Positions 47,178 to 58,006 are shown, counted from the stretch's first letter. The stretch is DNA of 64,000 nt from Candidatus Hydrogenedentota bacterium (GCA_045863295.1 BTWA01000018.1:1-64000), one strand, 5' to 3'. Translations and numbers: made by a program. Notes: generated by a model not told the origin, from the sequence alone.

Positions 47178-49109
47178 ATGATTGCAAAGATGAACAAAGT
47201 GGAAATTGTATGTCTGCGTGAAATCATGCAGGACGTCACTTTGCTCTTGCAGGACAAGGGTCTGATTCACGTTGAGGAGGTACCGCTCGCCTGTGCCGAA
47301 GTGCCCGATTTTTTGAATCGGGCCTGCCTCGCCCCAGAGCAAACGGCGGAATCCGAAGCGCTGGAATCCATGTATCGCAATATCTCCGAGGTAACCCAAC
47401 TACTTTCCGTAAAGCCCAACCCTCACGATATCATTTCGGCGTCCACGACACTGCGTGCACTGAAAAATGAAGATCGCTGGGCGAGTGCGAAGCAATGGAT
47501 TCGGGAATTGCGGTCGTACTCACGTAGGAAGATCAACGCCAAAGACAACCTGGAAGTGTTATCCCAGTTCTTGAAGGTGTTGACTCAGCTTGAACCAATT
47601 GTTGGCGACAAGCGTGACATTGTACTCGGCAAGAATGCCCGAGCGTTCGTGTTGAAGGGCGACATAGCGGGTATCTCCGAAACGATCGACAACCGCCTGA
47701 AGGAACTGATCGGCCTGAAGGCCATTTTTGTGCACAAACAGCTGGCGCGCGATACGATGGCCGCCATTGTCATGTACCCTGAAGAGTTGGATTCAGTCGT
47801 CAGTAAGATTTTCCGCGAAGAAGGCATCACCCCATTTGATGCCCCGGACAAAAACCTACGTGGACTTTCATTTGAACAGGTCGTTCGCCGGCTTCATGAA
47901 TCAATTGACAAGCAGAAGCATTCACTGCAACAGATACAATCGGAGTTGGATACGTTTTCGAAAGACATCGGCGCGAAAGTGGCTGCGCTTGAGTTGATGA
48001 TTCGCGACGAATGTGCGCGCTTCAATGTGGTGAACCAGTTTGCCCAAAGTCAGATGGTGGGCGTCATTCATGGATGGGTGCCGGCCGACGATCAATCCGC
48101 GCTCGAAAAGGCGTTGGATGACAAGTATCCGGGGCAAGTTCTTGTGAGTATCCAGTCCGTCACTGAAGTGCCGGCACATACCATTCCGACCTTGCTGAAG
48201 AACCACCCCATTTTGAAGCCCTTTGAAGTATTGCTGTCAATTCTGCGTCCTCCGACGTACGGCACGTACGACCCCACGGGTCTGGTCGCGGTTTCTTTCA
48301 TTCTGTTTTACGGGTTCATATTGGGAGATGTCGTATATGGGCTGGCCGTGCTTGCATTTGCCTTTTGGTTGAATAGCAAGTGGGGCTACAACCCAATTGT
48401 CCGGTCCGCCAGTGTAGTCGGCAAGTATATGGCCGCTTCGTCTGTGTTGTTCGGCGTCTTGTTCGGCGAGTATTGCGGCGACCTGGGCATGCGGTTGTTC
48501 GGTGTCGAAAATGTGCCGCATATTCTGCACCGCAGTCACGATCACATACCTTTGTTGATGCTTGCCATTGCAATAGGGGCCATTCACATACCACTTGCAT
48601 TGATCATCGGCATCCGCGAGAGCCTTCATCACGGTCACAAAGAACATGCCATGGAAAAGCTCGGCATGTTAATGGGCCTTACGGGCATTGCCGTGGGTGC
48701 AGCGCACCTTGCCGGCGTCAGCGTCTTCGCAGCTTCGGCCGTCGGTATCCTCGCCTTGATGCTCTACGGTATTGGCGCTGTGCTGATCCTGCGGGCCATG
48801 GGTGCGATGGGCATTGTCAACATCCTTGAAATCTTTTCACTGGTCGGCAACGTATTATCCTATGCACGTTTGATGGCCCTGGGCATCGCGTCCGTCATCA
48901 TTGCCGACTTGGCGAACCAATTGCCGGAGGCCATTGGTTACATCATTGGCGTTCCGCTAGCTGCCGCAATCCATGTGTTCAACATCGGCATCGGAATGTT
49001 CAGTCCGACGCTGCACTCGTTGCGTTTGAATTACGTTGAATTTCTTCCGAAGTTCTATTCGCCGGAAGGGAAAAGTTACAAACCGTTCAAGAAGGAGGCG
49101 TTATGGTGA
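47178..49109 (+). CDS. atpI: V/A-type ATP synthase subunit I (a)
   Basis: IHGWVP, PTLLKN, YDPT, GDVVYG, LSYARLMAL and HSLRLNYVEF motifs. Confidence 0.95.
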   Translation: MIAKMNKVEIVCLREIMQDVTLLLQDKGLIHVEEVPLACAEVPDFLNRACLAPEQTAESEALESMYRNISEVTQLLSVKPNPHDIISASTTLRALKNEDRWASAKQWIRELRSYSRRKINAKDNLEVLSQFLKVLTQLEPIVGDKRDIVLGKNARAFVLKGDIAGISETIDNRLKELIGLKAIFVHKQLARDTMAAIVMYPEELDSVVSKIFREEGITPFDAPDKNLRGLSFEQVVRRLHESIDKQKHSLQQIQSELDTFSKDIGAKVAALELMIRDECARFNVVNQFAQSQMVGVIHGWVPADDQSALEKALDDKYPGQVLVSIQSVTEVPAHTIPTLLKNHPILKPFEVLLSILRPPTYGTYDPTGLVAVSFILFYGFILGDVVYGLAVLAFAFWLNSKWGYNPIVRSASVVGKYMAASSVLFGVLFGEYCGDLGMRLFGVENVPHILHRSHDHIPLLMLAIAIGAIHIPLALIIGIRESLHHGHKEHAMEKLGMLMGLTGIAVGAAHLAGVSVFAASAVGILALMLYGIGAVLILRAMGAMGIVNILEIFSLVGNVLSYARLMALGIASVIIADLANQLPEAIGYIIGVPLAAAIHVFNIGIGMFSPTLHSLRLNYVEFLPKFYSPEGKSYKPFKKEALW

Positions 49110-49462
49110 GTGTGTTCAATTCCAAAACGGCGGCTATTTTGGCGCTGGCCCTGATTGCGGCCTCGATGCTGGGCATGCCGGCGTTTGCCGCGGCGGGCGC
49201 GGAAGCGGAAGCAGCCCCTGCAGGCGAGGCCGGTCTGGGCGGCGGCCTGAAGGCTCTGGGATTAGCCGTAGGCGCCGGCTTGGCCATTGCGGGCGGCGCC
49301 ATTGCGACGGCGCGCGCACAGGCGGCTGTCGGCGCGGGCGGAACGGGCGCTTTGGCCGAAAAGCCGGAGTTGTTCGGTAATATCCTGATCCTGTTCGCGA
49401 TTCCCGAAACACTGGTTATCTTTGGTTTCGTGATCGCGATCATGCTCTGGGTCAAGATCTGA
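49103..49462 (+). CDS. atpK: V/A-type ATP synthase subunit K (c, proteolipid) with N-terminal leader
   Basis: AQAAVGAGGTGALAEKPELFG...IPETLVIFG hairpin carrying the essential Glu. Confidence 0.93.
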   Translation: MVSVFNSKTAAILALALIAASMLGMPAFAAAGAEAEAAPAGEAGLGGGLKALGLAVGAGLAIAGGAIATARAQAAVGAGGTGALAEKPELFGNILILFAIPETLVIFGFVIAIMLWVKI

Positions 49463-49476
49463 GAAACACCGAATCG

Positions 49477-50070
49477 ATGCAAGCAGCATTGTTCGAAACG
49501 ATGGCGCGGCAGATTGCCGCGCAGTGCGAAGCGGAACTCGCAACCGCGCGCGCCGAGGCCTCTTCCATTCTCTCGGAGGCGGACAAGCGCATCGCCGGTG
49601 TCCGCGAGAAGGCGCTGGCGCGCGCACGCGCATCTGCCGAGGCGTACGCCAAGGGCGCACACCAGATGGCCGTGGCTGAAGCCGAGAAGGAAGCCTTGTC
49701 GCTATATCAGGCCTTGGCTGACGAGGCACTGCATGCGGCTGAAGCGAAACTTGCGCACCTCGCGGAATCGCAGGATTTCGTGCCGGTGCTTACACGGCTT
49801 CTGGCGGAACTTATGCCGGCTTCGCCCGCAGGATCCACAATCCTGGTGCCTCCTGCGCATGTGGACCAATGCAGCGCTTGGCTTAGAACCAATGGATTTC
49901 CTGATGTGCGAGTCGAGCCTTCTGCGGAATTGCCGGATGGGGTGGCCGCACAGGACCGAGATCGAACCTATCGCATCACGAATGCGTTGTCGACCCGCTT
50001 CGGCATGTTGCGAAGCGATGCACGAAAACGTTGCCTCAAAACGCTCTTCGCGGGGAAGGCTGGAACATGA
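49477..50070 (+). CDS. atpE: V/A-type ATP synthase subunit E
   Basis: Operon position; coiled coil followed by DGV...RITNAL..R. Confidence 0.8.
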   Translation: MQAALFETMARQIAAQCEAELATARAEASSILSEADKRIAGVREKALARARASAEAYAKGAHQMAVAEAEKEALSLYQALADEALHAAEAKLAHLAESQDFVPVLTRLLAELMPASPAGSTILVPPAHVDQCSAWLRTNGFPDVRVEPSAELPDGVAAQDRDRTYRITNALSTRFGMLRSDARKRCLKTLFAGKAGT

Positions 50071-51128
50071 GTGAAGACAGCGTTCTCGGCGCCTATGTGA
50101 ATGCGCGTGTGCGAGGCATGAAGAGTGAATTGCTGCCGCGCCGCCGGATGGAAGAGTTCCTCGATTTTGACGACGTCAGCCGTCTGATCGACGGACTCGT
50201 GAATTCGCCATATGGCGAAGACATGTCGGAAGCGCTCGGGCGTTTCAAAGGTGCAGATGCCGTGGAAGAGGCCGTGTCTCGAAACCTGGTTAAGACGTTG
50301 CAGAAGTTGAACCGGTTGCTGCGAGATGAATGGGGCGAACTGATCTCCACGTTCCTGCATCGATGGGATCTATTGGCCGTCAAGTCGCTCTTGCGCCTGC
50401 GCCACACGGGAATTGATGAACGCGAGGGCGAACTGGCCTTGTGTCCTGGGCCCACTTTGACGCTCGCGCTGATGCATTCCTTTGCACAGCGAGGATCTAT
50501 GGAGGAACTCGTTGGCGCACTGGTCGCATGGAATCCGGATATCTGCGGCGGTCTCAATACCGGACTTGCGGAGTACCAAAGCACGGGCCACATTCGAGTG
50601 CTTGAAGATGCCCTCGACCGGGCTTACTACTCGGGCAAGTACAAGACCTTGTCTTCTAGCGAAGATGAAAACACCCAAATGGTCCGTAAAATGCTCGGCA
50701 TGGAAATCGATCGCATAAATATTCGCATGATGCTGCATTTAAACGGATCTGGCGGGTCTCCGGAGGATCGTCTGGCGCGATTGCTTCCTGGCGGCACATT
50801 GCGCCAACAGGTTCTGCGCGACATGGCATTTGCCAAGACAGCCGAAGGAGTCGTTGAGCAATTAGGTTCGACCATTTACGCGGACCTCGTTCAACGGCTA
50901 TTCGTGTTCATACAGACCGGGCGTTTCTCGCCGATGGAACGTTTTTTCGAAATTCTAATGATCAACGAACTGAAGCGCGACACCCGCATACATGTCTTTA
51001 GCCTCGCGGTCCTGATGCAGTTCGTCTGGCTCAAAAACAACGAAGTAGTCAATCTTCGGATGATTGCGCGCGGCGAATCCCAGCACTTGCCCAAGGCGCG
51101 CGTGCGCGAGGAGGTGCAATATGCCTAA
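50067..51128 (+). CDS. atpC: V/A-type ATP synthase subunit C (d)
   Basis: YVNARVRGMKSELL, EID..N and EVVNLRMIARG; ATGA overlap with the preceding gene. Confidence 0.9.
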   Translation: MSEDSVLGAYVNARVRGMKSELLPRRRMEEFLDFDDVSRLIDGLVNSPYGEDMSEALGRFKGADAVEEAVSRNLVKTLQKLNRLLRDEWGELISTFLHRWDLLAVKSLLRLRHTGIDEREGELALCPGPTLTLALMHSFAQRGSMEELVGALVAWNPDICGGLNTGLAEYQSTGHIRVLEDALDRAYYSGKYKTLSSSEDENTQMVRKMLGMEIDRINIRMMLHLNGSGGSPEDRLARLLPGGTLRQQVLRDMAFAKTAEGVVEQLGSTIYADLVQRLFVFIQTGRFSPMERFFEILMINELKRDTRIHVFSLAVLMQFVWLKNNEVVNLRMIARGESQHLPKARVREEVQYA

Positions 51129-51441
51129 TGTCGTGGCAATTGCGAATGGTCACGTAGCATTGAAGCTGGGATTGACAGGCATTTTCGTTGAACACGCTTC
51201 GGATGTGCATCAGGCTCAGGAGTCACTCGTGAAGAACCTGGAAGGTGACGCGGACGTTTTGGTTATCCAGGATGAGTTTCGCGATCAGTTTTCCGAATGG
51301 CACAAGGAGCAACTCAGACGCCACCGCGGTACGCCTCTGGTTGTGTTTTGTCCTTCGTTTTCCGAGGAGAATTCCAATGTGGACGCCTATATTTCGGCGG
51401 TGCTCAAGCCCGCAATCGGATATGAAATTCGACTGGATTAA
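51121..51441 (+). CDS. atpF: V/A-type ATP synthase subunit F
   Basis: Operon position; L.LTGI near the N-terminus and AIGYEI at the C-terminus. Confidence 0.8.
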   Translation: MPNVVAIANGHVALKLGLTGIFVEHASDVHQAQESLVKNLEGDADVLVIQDEFRDQFSEWHKEQLRRHRGTPLVVFCPSFSEENSNVDAYISAVLKPAIGYEIRLD

Positions 51442-51480
51442 ACCCCTCGGGCATTAGTGCCCGGTATGGAGCGGAGACTT

Positions 51481-53280
51481 ATGGCGACAACGGGAACCAA
51501 TAGCGCTGTCGGGAAACTGACCCGGATTTCCGGCCCGATGATCAGCGCCAACGGAATGCTGGGCGTGTCGATGGGCGAAATCGTGCGCGTCGGCAAAATG
51601 GGACTCATCGGCGAGGTTATACGGATCGACAAGGATACGATCTTTGCCCAGGTGTTCGAAGACACCTCCGGCATGTATCTTGGCGAGGAAGTGATACCCA
51701 CAGGAGAGCCCCTCTCCGTGGAGTTGGGACCCGGCCTGCTGGGATCTACCTACGACGGCATTCAACGCCCCTTGATCACGTTGCAGCAACAATCCGGCGA
51801 CTTCATCGATCGCGGCTTAACGGCCGTTGCATTGGATCGGTCGAAAAAGTGGGTGTTTAAACCTCTCAAGCACGTCGGCGATAAGGTTGTCGGGGGTGAC
51901 GTGATTGGCACCGTGCAAGAAACCGAACACCTCGTGCATAAAATTCTCGTTCCTCCGCGTGTTTCCGGGACAATTCAGAGCATTGTTGGCGAAGGTCAAT
52001 ATACCATCGAACAGCCGGTGGCCAAGCTCGATAACGGTCAGGATCTCAAGCTCTACCACACGTGGCCGGTGAAGCGGCAACGCCCTGTAGCGAAACGGCT
52101 TGGTTCGAACGAGCTTTTTGCAACGGGACAGCGAGTCTTGGATTTTCTGTTCCCAATCTCTCTTGGCGGATCCGCCATTGTTCCCGGCGGTTTTGGCGCG
52201 GGCAAAACGGTCGTGGAGCAGAGTTTATCCAAATTCTGCAATGCCGACATCATCGTCTATGTGGGTTGCGGTGAGCGTGGTAACGAAATGGCCGACGTGT
52301 TGGACGAATTCCCACATCTTGAAGATCCTAAGTTCGGCGGCCCGCTGATGAACCGCACCATTCTGGTGGTCAACACTTCAAACATGCCCGTGGCCGCGCG
52401 CGATGCGTCCGTATACACGGGCATTACTCTGGCCGAATACTACCGCGACCAAGGGTATAATGTCGCGTTGATGGCGGATAGTACCTCGCGTTGGGCCGAG
52501 GCCTTGCGCGAAATTTCCTCGCGGTTGGAAGAAATGCCCGGGGAAGAAGGATATCCCACGTATTTGGCCGCGCGCATTTCCGAATTCTACGAACGTGCCG
52601 GACGCGCCGTAGCCGCTGGATCAGACGCCTCGGGGGACAATGCCCGTGTGGGTTCCGTGACCGTGGTGGGCGCGGTTTCGCCTCCCGGCGGTGACTTCTC
52701 CGAACCCGTCACGCAAACTTCGATGCGCGTGGCAGGCGGCTTGTGGGCGCTCGATTCCGCGCTTGCCTATAGCCGTCACTATCCGTCCGTAAACTGGAAT
52801 CGCAGCTACACGCTTTACAAGAACGAGCTGGACGGCTGGTTTGAAAAGAACGCGCCCAAAGGATGGGCAGGTTTCCGTCAACGGATTGCCACCTTGCTGC
52901 AACGCGACGCCGAGTTGCAGGAGGTCGTTCAGTTGGTCGGACCCGACGCACTCCAGGACCACGAGCGACTCATTCTTGACGTGTCCCGAATGATTCGTGA
53001 ATTCTTCTTGCAGCAGAACGCCTACTCCGCGAACGACGCTTATTGCAGCCTCGAAAAGGCGGCTGGTATCGTCGAAGCCATTCTCACGTACTATGACGAA
53101 AGCCATCGCATACTGGACTCGGGAATCATGCTGGCCCGCGTTCAAGAACTTCCCGCGCGCGAAGAAGTGGGCCGCATGCGTGAAGTCAATAGCAACGACT
53201 ATCCCGCCCACAAAGATAAAGTCATTGCCAACATGAAGTCGATCATGGCGGAACTCGCCGCCGCGACGAGGGGTAACTAA
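51481..53280 (+). CDS. atpA: V/A-type ATP synthase subunit A
   Basis: GGFGAGKT, GCGERGNE, MPVAAR, DSTSRWAEALRE and SPPGGDFSEPV motifs. Confidence 0.97.
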   Translation: MATTGTNSAVGKLTRISGPMISANGMLGVSMGEIVRVGKMGLIGEVIRIDKDTIFAQVFEDTSGMYLGEEVIPTGEPLSVELGPGLLGSTYDGIQRPLITLQQQSGDFIDRGLTAVALDRSKKWVFKPLKHVGDKVVGGDVIGTVQETEHLVHKILVPPRVSGTIQSIVGEGQYTIEQPVAKLDNGQDLKLYHTWPVKRQRPVAKRLGSNELFATGQRVLDFLFPISLGGSAIVPGGFGAGKTVVEQSLSKFCNADIIVYVGCGERGNEMADVLDEFPHLEDPKFGGPLMNRTILVVNTSNMPVAARDASVYTGITLAEYYRDQGYNVALMADSTSRWAEALREISSRLEEMPGEEGYPTYLAARISEFYERAGRAVAAGSDASGDNARVGSVTVVGAVSPPGGDFSEPVTQTSMRVAGGLWALDSALAYSRHYPSVNWNRSYTLYKNELDGWFEKNAPKGWAGFRQRIATLLQRDAELQEVVQLVGPDALQDHERLILDVSRMIREFFLQQNAYSANDAYCSLEKAAGIVEAILTYYDESHRILDSGIMLARVQELPAREEVGRMREVNSNDYPAHKDKVIANMKSIMAELAAATRGN

Positions 53281-53282
53281 CC

Positions 53283-54704
53283 ATGAGCCAAGATCTGCTT
53301 CAGAAGGAATTCTGGGACGTAACGTATATTTCCGGCCCGCTCATCTTCCTTGGAAGTGGCGGACGTTTTCCGACTGGCTCCATTCTGAATCTTCAATTGG
53401 AAAACGGCGAGACTCGGCAAGGTCAGGTCCTGGAAACTAGCAAGACGCACGCAGTCGTACAAGTGCTCCAAGGTACTCAGGGATTGGACGTAAAAGGCGT
53501 GTCGGTCTCTTTGGCCGACGAAAGCGCGCGTATCGCGCTGTCCAAGGATCTCATCGGACGCCGCTTCAACGGCACGGGAACTCCGATTGACGGGTTGCCT
53601 CCGGTAGTGGCGGAAAAGGAATTGCCCATTGTGGGTGCCGCCATCAACCCGGTGTCACGCAACAAGCCCAATGACTTCATCGAGACCGGTGTAAGCGCTA
53701 TCGACGGATTCAACACACTCGTACGCGGCCAAAAGCTGCCGATTTTCTTTGGTTCCGGTCTGCCCGCCAATGAAATTGCGGCGTTCGTGGCGCAAAACGC
53801 GTCCACACGCGGCGAAGGCGAAGAATTCGTGGTGGTGTTCGGCGCCATGGGGCTGACGGATCGTGAAGCATCTTTTTTCATCCGTTCGTTCGAAGAGGGC
53901 GGCCGTGGCTCTCGCGTGGTGGCCTTTATCAACAAGGCAAACGATCCCGCGATCGAGCGTATCTTCACACCGCGATGCGTGCTGACCGTTGCGGAATACC
54001 TGGCGTTTGAACACGGCTACCACGTGTTGGCGATTCTAACTGATATGACGAGTTATTGTGAGGCCTTGCGGGAGATATCAAGTGCGCGCGAGGAAATCCC
54101 CGGCCGACGCGGGTATCCCGGTTATATGTACACGGACTTGTCGACGATATACGAACGCGCAGGCCGTATTCACGGGCGTTCCGGCTCCGTGACGCAGATG
54201 CCCATGTTGACGATGCCGGACGACGACATCACGCATCCGATTCCCGACTTGACGGGGTATATCACCGAAGGTCAGATCGTGCTTGGCCGCTCGCTGCACC
54301 GTCAGGGCGTCTTCCCGCCGGTGGATTTGCTGCCGTGTCTATCGCGCCTTATGAACAATGGTATTGGCGATGGACGTACACGCAAAGAACACCGCGAATG
54401 GGCAAACCAGCTGTACGCGAGTTACGCGCACGGCCGGAATATTCGCAAACTCGTTGCCATCGTGGGCGAGGATGCACTTGGCGAACTGGACATCAAGTAT
54501 CTTCGTTTCGCCGAAGCGTTTGAGCGCGAGATGGTGGGGCAGGGCACGGTACGCCGTACGATCGATGATACCATGGAGTTGGGCTGGAAATTGCTCAGCA
54601 TGTTGCCCCGTTCCGAGCTGACCCGCGTACGAAAAGAATATATCGATCAGTTCTATGCCCCGGCCGGCGATCAGGTCAAGGAAGCCGAGAAGGCAAAGGC
54701 ATAG
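53283..54704 (+). CDS. atpB: V/A-type ATP synthase subunit B
   Basis: RGQKLPIF, PGRRGYPGYMYTDL and THPIPDLTGYITEGQ motifs. Confidence 0.97.
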   Translation: MSQDLLQKEFWDVTYISGPLIFLGSGGRFPTGSILNLQLENGETRQGQVLETSKTHAVVQVLQGTQGLDVKGVSVSLADESARIALSKDLIGRRFNGTGTPIDGLPPVVAEKELPIVGAAINPVSRNKPNDFIETGVSAIDGFNTLVRGQKLPIFFGSGLPANEIAAFVAQNASTRGEGEEFVVVFGAMGLTDREASFFIRSFEEGGRGSRVVAFINKANDPAIERIFTPRCVLTVAEYLAFEHGYHVLAILTDMTSYCEALREISSAREEIPGRRGYPGYMYTDLSTIYERAGRIHGRSGSVTQMPMLTMPDDDITHPIPDLTGYITEGQIVLGRSLHRQGVFPPVDLLPCLSRLMNNGIGDGRTRKEHREWANQLYASYAHGRNIRKLVAIVGEDALGELDIKYLRFAEAFEREMVGQGTVRRTIDDTMELGWKLLSMLPRSELTRVRKEYIDQFYAPAGDQVKEAEKAKA

Positions 54705-54753
54705 ACGGGCGGATTCGCGGGCACACCCGGCCCGCACGCATCGGGAGCACGAG

Positions 54754-55413
54754 ATGACAGGCGAATCCATCGCACCAACGCGAATGAACATGCTGGCCCG
54801 CAAGGCCCAGATCAAGCTCGCCGCCGACGGCGTTACGCTATTGGAAGGTAAGCGAGAGGCCTTGTTAAAGGAACTGATCAAACGCGCCAAGGAACTGCGG
54901 TCCCTCCGAAACGAGTTGCATTTGCGCGGGCGGATGGCCGTGTCTTCGCTGGCTATCGCGCGGGCTGTGTGCGGTTCCCGTGAAGTGCGTTCCACAGCGG
55001 TCGCAGGGCGTCGTGAACTTCAATTGCGCGTAAAGACTGAAAAGGTGTGGGGACTGCATTTGGGCGATGTGGACCAGGAAAACGTTGTCCGACATGTACT
55101 TGACCGGCCCATCGGTGGATACGACACATCCTCACACGTTGTCGAGGCGGCAGAGTCCTCGGAACGCATGCTGGAACAGCTGCTCGTATGCGCACCCAAG
55201 GAATTGAACCTTCAGATTATCGGCGAGGAAGTGCGAAAAGTCAGCCGTCGAATAAACGCTTTGAATGAGTATTTGCTGCCCAAGCTACGGTTCGAAGTGC
55301 GGACCATTGCGCGTGTATTGGACGAGCGTGAGCGCGAAGACACGTTTCGCCTGAAACGAATCAAAAAGAAAAATGCTGAGAAGAAGGCGGCGGCGGCCGC
55401 AGCCTTGGGCTGA
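54754..55413 (+). CDS. atpD: V/A-type ATP synthase subunit D
   Basis: PTRMN, LLEGKREAL, RRINAL and LDEREREDTFRLKRIK motifs. Confidence 0.93.
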   Translation: MTGESIAPTRMNMLARKAQIKLAADGVTLLEGKREALLKELIKRAKELRSLRNELHLRGRMAVSSLAIARAVCGSREVRSTAVAGRRELQLRVKTEKVWGLHLGDVDQENVVRHVLDRPIGGYDTSSHVVEAAESSERMLEQLLVCAPKELNLQIIGEEVRKVSRRINALNEYLLPKLRFEVRTIARVLDEREREDTFRLKRIKKKNAEKKAAAAAALG

Positions 55414-55473
55414 AGCCCACATCCAGATTCAGAACGCGGACGACACACATCGGGCAAGGAGTGGTGCTAAACA

Positions 55474-55956
55474 ATGTTACTTGGCGAGTTGTTACACGAG
55501 GGCGTCATCGTCACGAACCTCAAAGCCAGCAACAAATTCGAAGCCATTGAAGAGCTGCTAGATACCCTCGTTTCGGCACACGAAATCTCCATGACCACAC
55601 GTGACGACGTCTACAACTCCATCTGGAAGCGGGAAGATTCCATGACGACGGGGATGGAGCATGGCGTGGCTGTGCCACACGGAACCACCGACAAGGTGGA
55701 GGATGTAGTCGCCGCTTTGGGCATATCTCCAAACGGCATACCGTACGATACCTTAGATGGTCTTCCGGCACGGCTCATTCTGTTGCTGGTTCTTCCTCGG
55801 CGCAATTTTCATGGGCACGTCCGTACAATGGCCGGTATTGCCCATCTTTTGGCCAATGCAACGCTAAGGGACCAATTAAAGAAGGCTTCCACTGCGGATC
55901 ATGTGATCAAGCTGATCGAGACCGAAGAAGACAAATCGGGCCTTCACGGAAAATAG
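55474..55956 (+). CDS. PTS IIA domain protein (fructose/mannitol/Ntr family)
   Basis: RE...TTGMEHGVAVPHG phospho-His motif. Confidence 0.88.
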   Translation: MLLGELLHEGVIVTNLKASNKFEAIEELLDTLVSAHEISMTTRDDVYNSIWKREDSMTTGMEHGVAVPHGTTDKVEDVVAALGISPNGIPYDTLDGLPARLILLLVLPRRNFHGHVRTMAGIAHLLANATLRDQLKKASTADHVIKLIETEEDKSGLHGK

Positions 55957-56169
55957 TTACAGCATGCCCAATCGTCTGCAGGGCGGGCGGACGCGCGGAA
56001 ATTGGACTCTGCATAAGGGTAGGGGGTTCAATGCGGTGCCTGGGAATTATGCGACGATTGCAGCCTGCCGAGATAACCAAACAGTCGCAGGTATCCCAGA
56101 TTGTTTGCGTCGCATCTGGTAGCAGAATTCAACAGCGGATTATGAGTGAATTGAAAGCCGCGGCCCAGT

Positions 56170-56964
56170 TTACCGAAGCCCCAACACATCCTGCATGTCA
56201 TAGAGTCCAGGCTTCGCCGCCAACGCAAATTGCGCCGCGCGCAAAGCCCCTTTCGCAAACGTGTCCCTGTTGTGTGCACGGTGCGTAAGTTCTATGCGTT
56301 CGCCCTGGCCAATGAAATAAACGGTGTGATCGCCGACTACATCCCCGCCGCGTACCGCATGCATGCCGATTTCCACCTGCGGCCGCTCCCCGACAATCCC
56401 TTCCCGGCCGTGCTTCACGTGGTCGTTGTAGTTCATCCCCAACGATTCCGCGACACATTCGGCCAGCCTTTTTGCCGTCCCGCTGGGGCTGTCTTTTTTG
56501 AGCCTGTGATGCGTTTCGACTATTTCAACGTTGTAGTCAAGACCCAGTACCCCCGCAACTTCGCTCGCGAGTTTGAATAGCAGATTCACGCCGACGCTTG
56601 TGTTCGGCGCGAAGACCACCGGCACCATATGGGCGCTTGCCGCAATGTCGCTCGCTTGAGCGTCGCTTAGTCCGGTCGTGCCCACCACGGCTGGTTTTTC
56701 CAATTCAGCTGCTGCATGCACGTTGGCCACAGCGGCTGCCGGAGAGCTGAAGTCAATTAAGACATCGGCTTTCAATAGGGCCTCCAGTGGGTCCGACGAA
56801 AGTACAAGCGATACTGCCCGGCCGCTTTCGGCGCCAATAGTAACAGTCGTGCCCGCGAGTTCGCGGCGTTCAAGCCCCGCCGCGATTTCAAGCCCATCGG
56901 CCATTGCCAATTCCATAATGCGCCGGCCCATGCGTCCGCCCGCGCCTGCCATGCATATTCTCAC
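56170..56964 (-). CDS. dapB: 4-hydroxy-tetrahydrodipicolinate reductase
   Basis: GAGGRMG, VGTTG, ETHHRLKKDSPSGTA and RGGDVVGDH motifs. Confidence 0.97.
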   Translation of the reverse strand: MRICMAGAGGRMGRRIMELAMADGLEIAAGLERRELAGTTVTIGAESGRAVSLVLSSDPLEALLKADVLIDFSSPAAAVANVHAAAELEKPAVVGTTGLSDAQASDIAASAHMVPVVFAPNTSVGVNLLFKLASEVAGVLGLDYNVEIVETHHRLKKDSPSGTAKRLAECVAESLGMNYNDHVKHGREGIVGERPQVEIGMHAVRGGDVVGDHTVYFIGQGERIELTHRAHNRDTFAKGALRAAQFALAAKPGLYDMQDVLGLR

Positions 56965-56965
56965 G

Positions 56966-57835
56966 TTAAATCAACCCCAACTGCTTGAGCACGGTTTCCA
57001 ATTTCTTGAACGGCTCCGGGCGCATCGGCGTTAGCGGAAGCCGCAACACGTTTTCGCACAAGCCCATGGCCGCGAGCGAAGCCTTGACTGGCATCGGGTT
57101 AGTCTCCAAAAACAACGCCTTGAAAAGCGGCAGCATTGCGTAGTGGATCTTCCGCGCCTCGGCGAGGTCGCCACGATCAAATGCGGCGCACATCTTCGCC
57201 ATCGGCGCGGGCACTACATTGGCAGCAACTGAAATCACGCCCTTGGCGCCCACCGCCATCATGGGAAGCGTCAGGGAATCGTCGCCTGAAAGCACCGTAA
57301 TACCGCATTGCGAGACGATTTGCGACACCTGATCCACACTGCCCGCCGCTTCCTTTACTGCGCTAATGTTCTTGTACTGGGAGAGCGCCGCAATGGTCTC
57401 CGGCGTCATGTTCGTACCCGTACGGCTAGGCACGTTGTAAAGAACAATAGGAATATCTACCTGTTCCGCGATGAGTCTGTAGTGCGCAATCTGGCCTTCG
57501 GGCGTGGGCTTGTTGTAATACGGGGTAATCAACAGCGCGCCGTCCGCGCCAGCGTCTTTGGCGAATTGGGTAAGCCGCAACGCTTCACGCGTATTGTTCG
57601 AACCCGTGCCCGCGATTACGGGTACCCGTCCCGCAATGCGTTCAAGGGCGAAGCGAATACACTGTTCCTGCTCTTCGTGCGAAAGCGTTGCGGCTTCGCC
57701 CGTGCACCCGCAGGGCACGATTCCGTCCGTACCTTGATCCAATTGAAAATCTATCAACCGCGCATAGGCGTCGAAATCAATATCATAGTTAGACTTGAAT
57801 GGCGTGGCTATGGCCACAATGGAACCACGAAACAT
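56966..57835 (-). CDS. dapA: 4-hydroxy-tetrahydrodipicolinate synthase
   Basis: GCTGE, PYYNKP, LYNVPSRT, KEA, SGDD and ETNP.PVK motifs. Confidence 0.97.
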   Translation of the reverse strand: MFRGSIVAIATPFKSNYDIDFDAYARLIDFQLDQGTDGIVPCGCTGEAATLSHEEQEQCIRFALERIAGRVPVIAGTGSNNTREALRLTQFAKDAGADGALLITPYYNKPTPEGQIAHYRLIAEQVDIPIVLYNVPSRTGTNMTPETIAALSQYKNISAVKEAAGSVDQVSQIVSQCGITVLSGDDSLTLPMMAVGAKGVISVAANVVPAPMAKMCAAFDRGDLAEARKIHYAMLPLFKALFLETNPMPVKASLAAMGLCENVLRLPLTPMRPEPFKKLETVLKQLGLI

Positions 57836-58006
57836 GAACGTCTCCCGGCTGCGGCAAGGCCGCTCTTACATGGAAGTGAAATAGGGACGCCGGTGCCAAC
57901 CGCGCCCAAGAATAGCGCGTATTCTAGCACTCCAAAGTGCCCATAACCAACATGCCCGGCATGCATATCGAACCCCAGTGGGATTGCAAGGTGCTCCTCA
58001 CCCCGC

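Noticed and set aside
57836..58006. Lysine riboswitch upstream of dapA
   Set aside because: Only a GAGGAGC-like fragment is present and I could not build the P1-P5 stems. An extended -10-like TGCTAGAAT lies within the region, which suggests a plain promoter.
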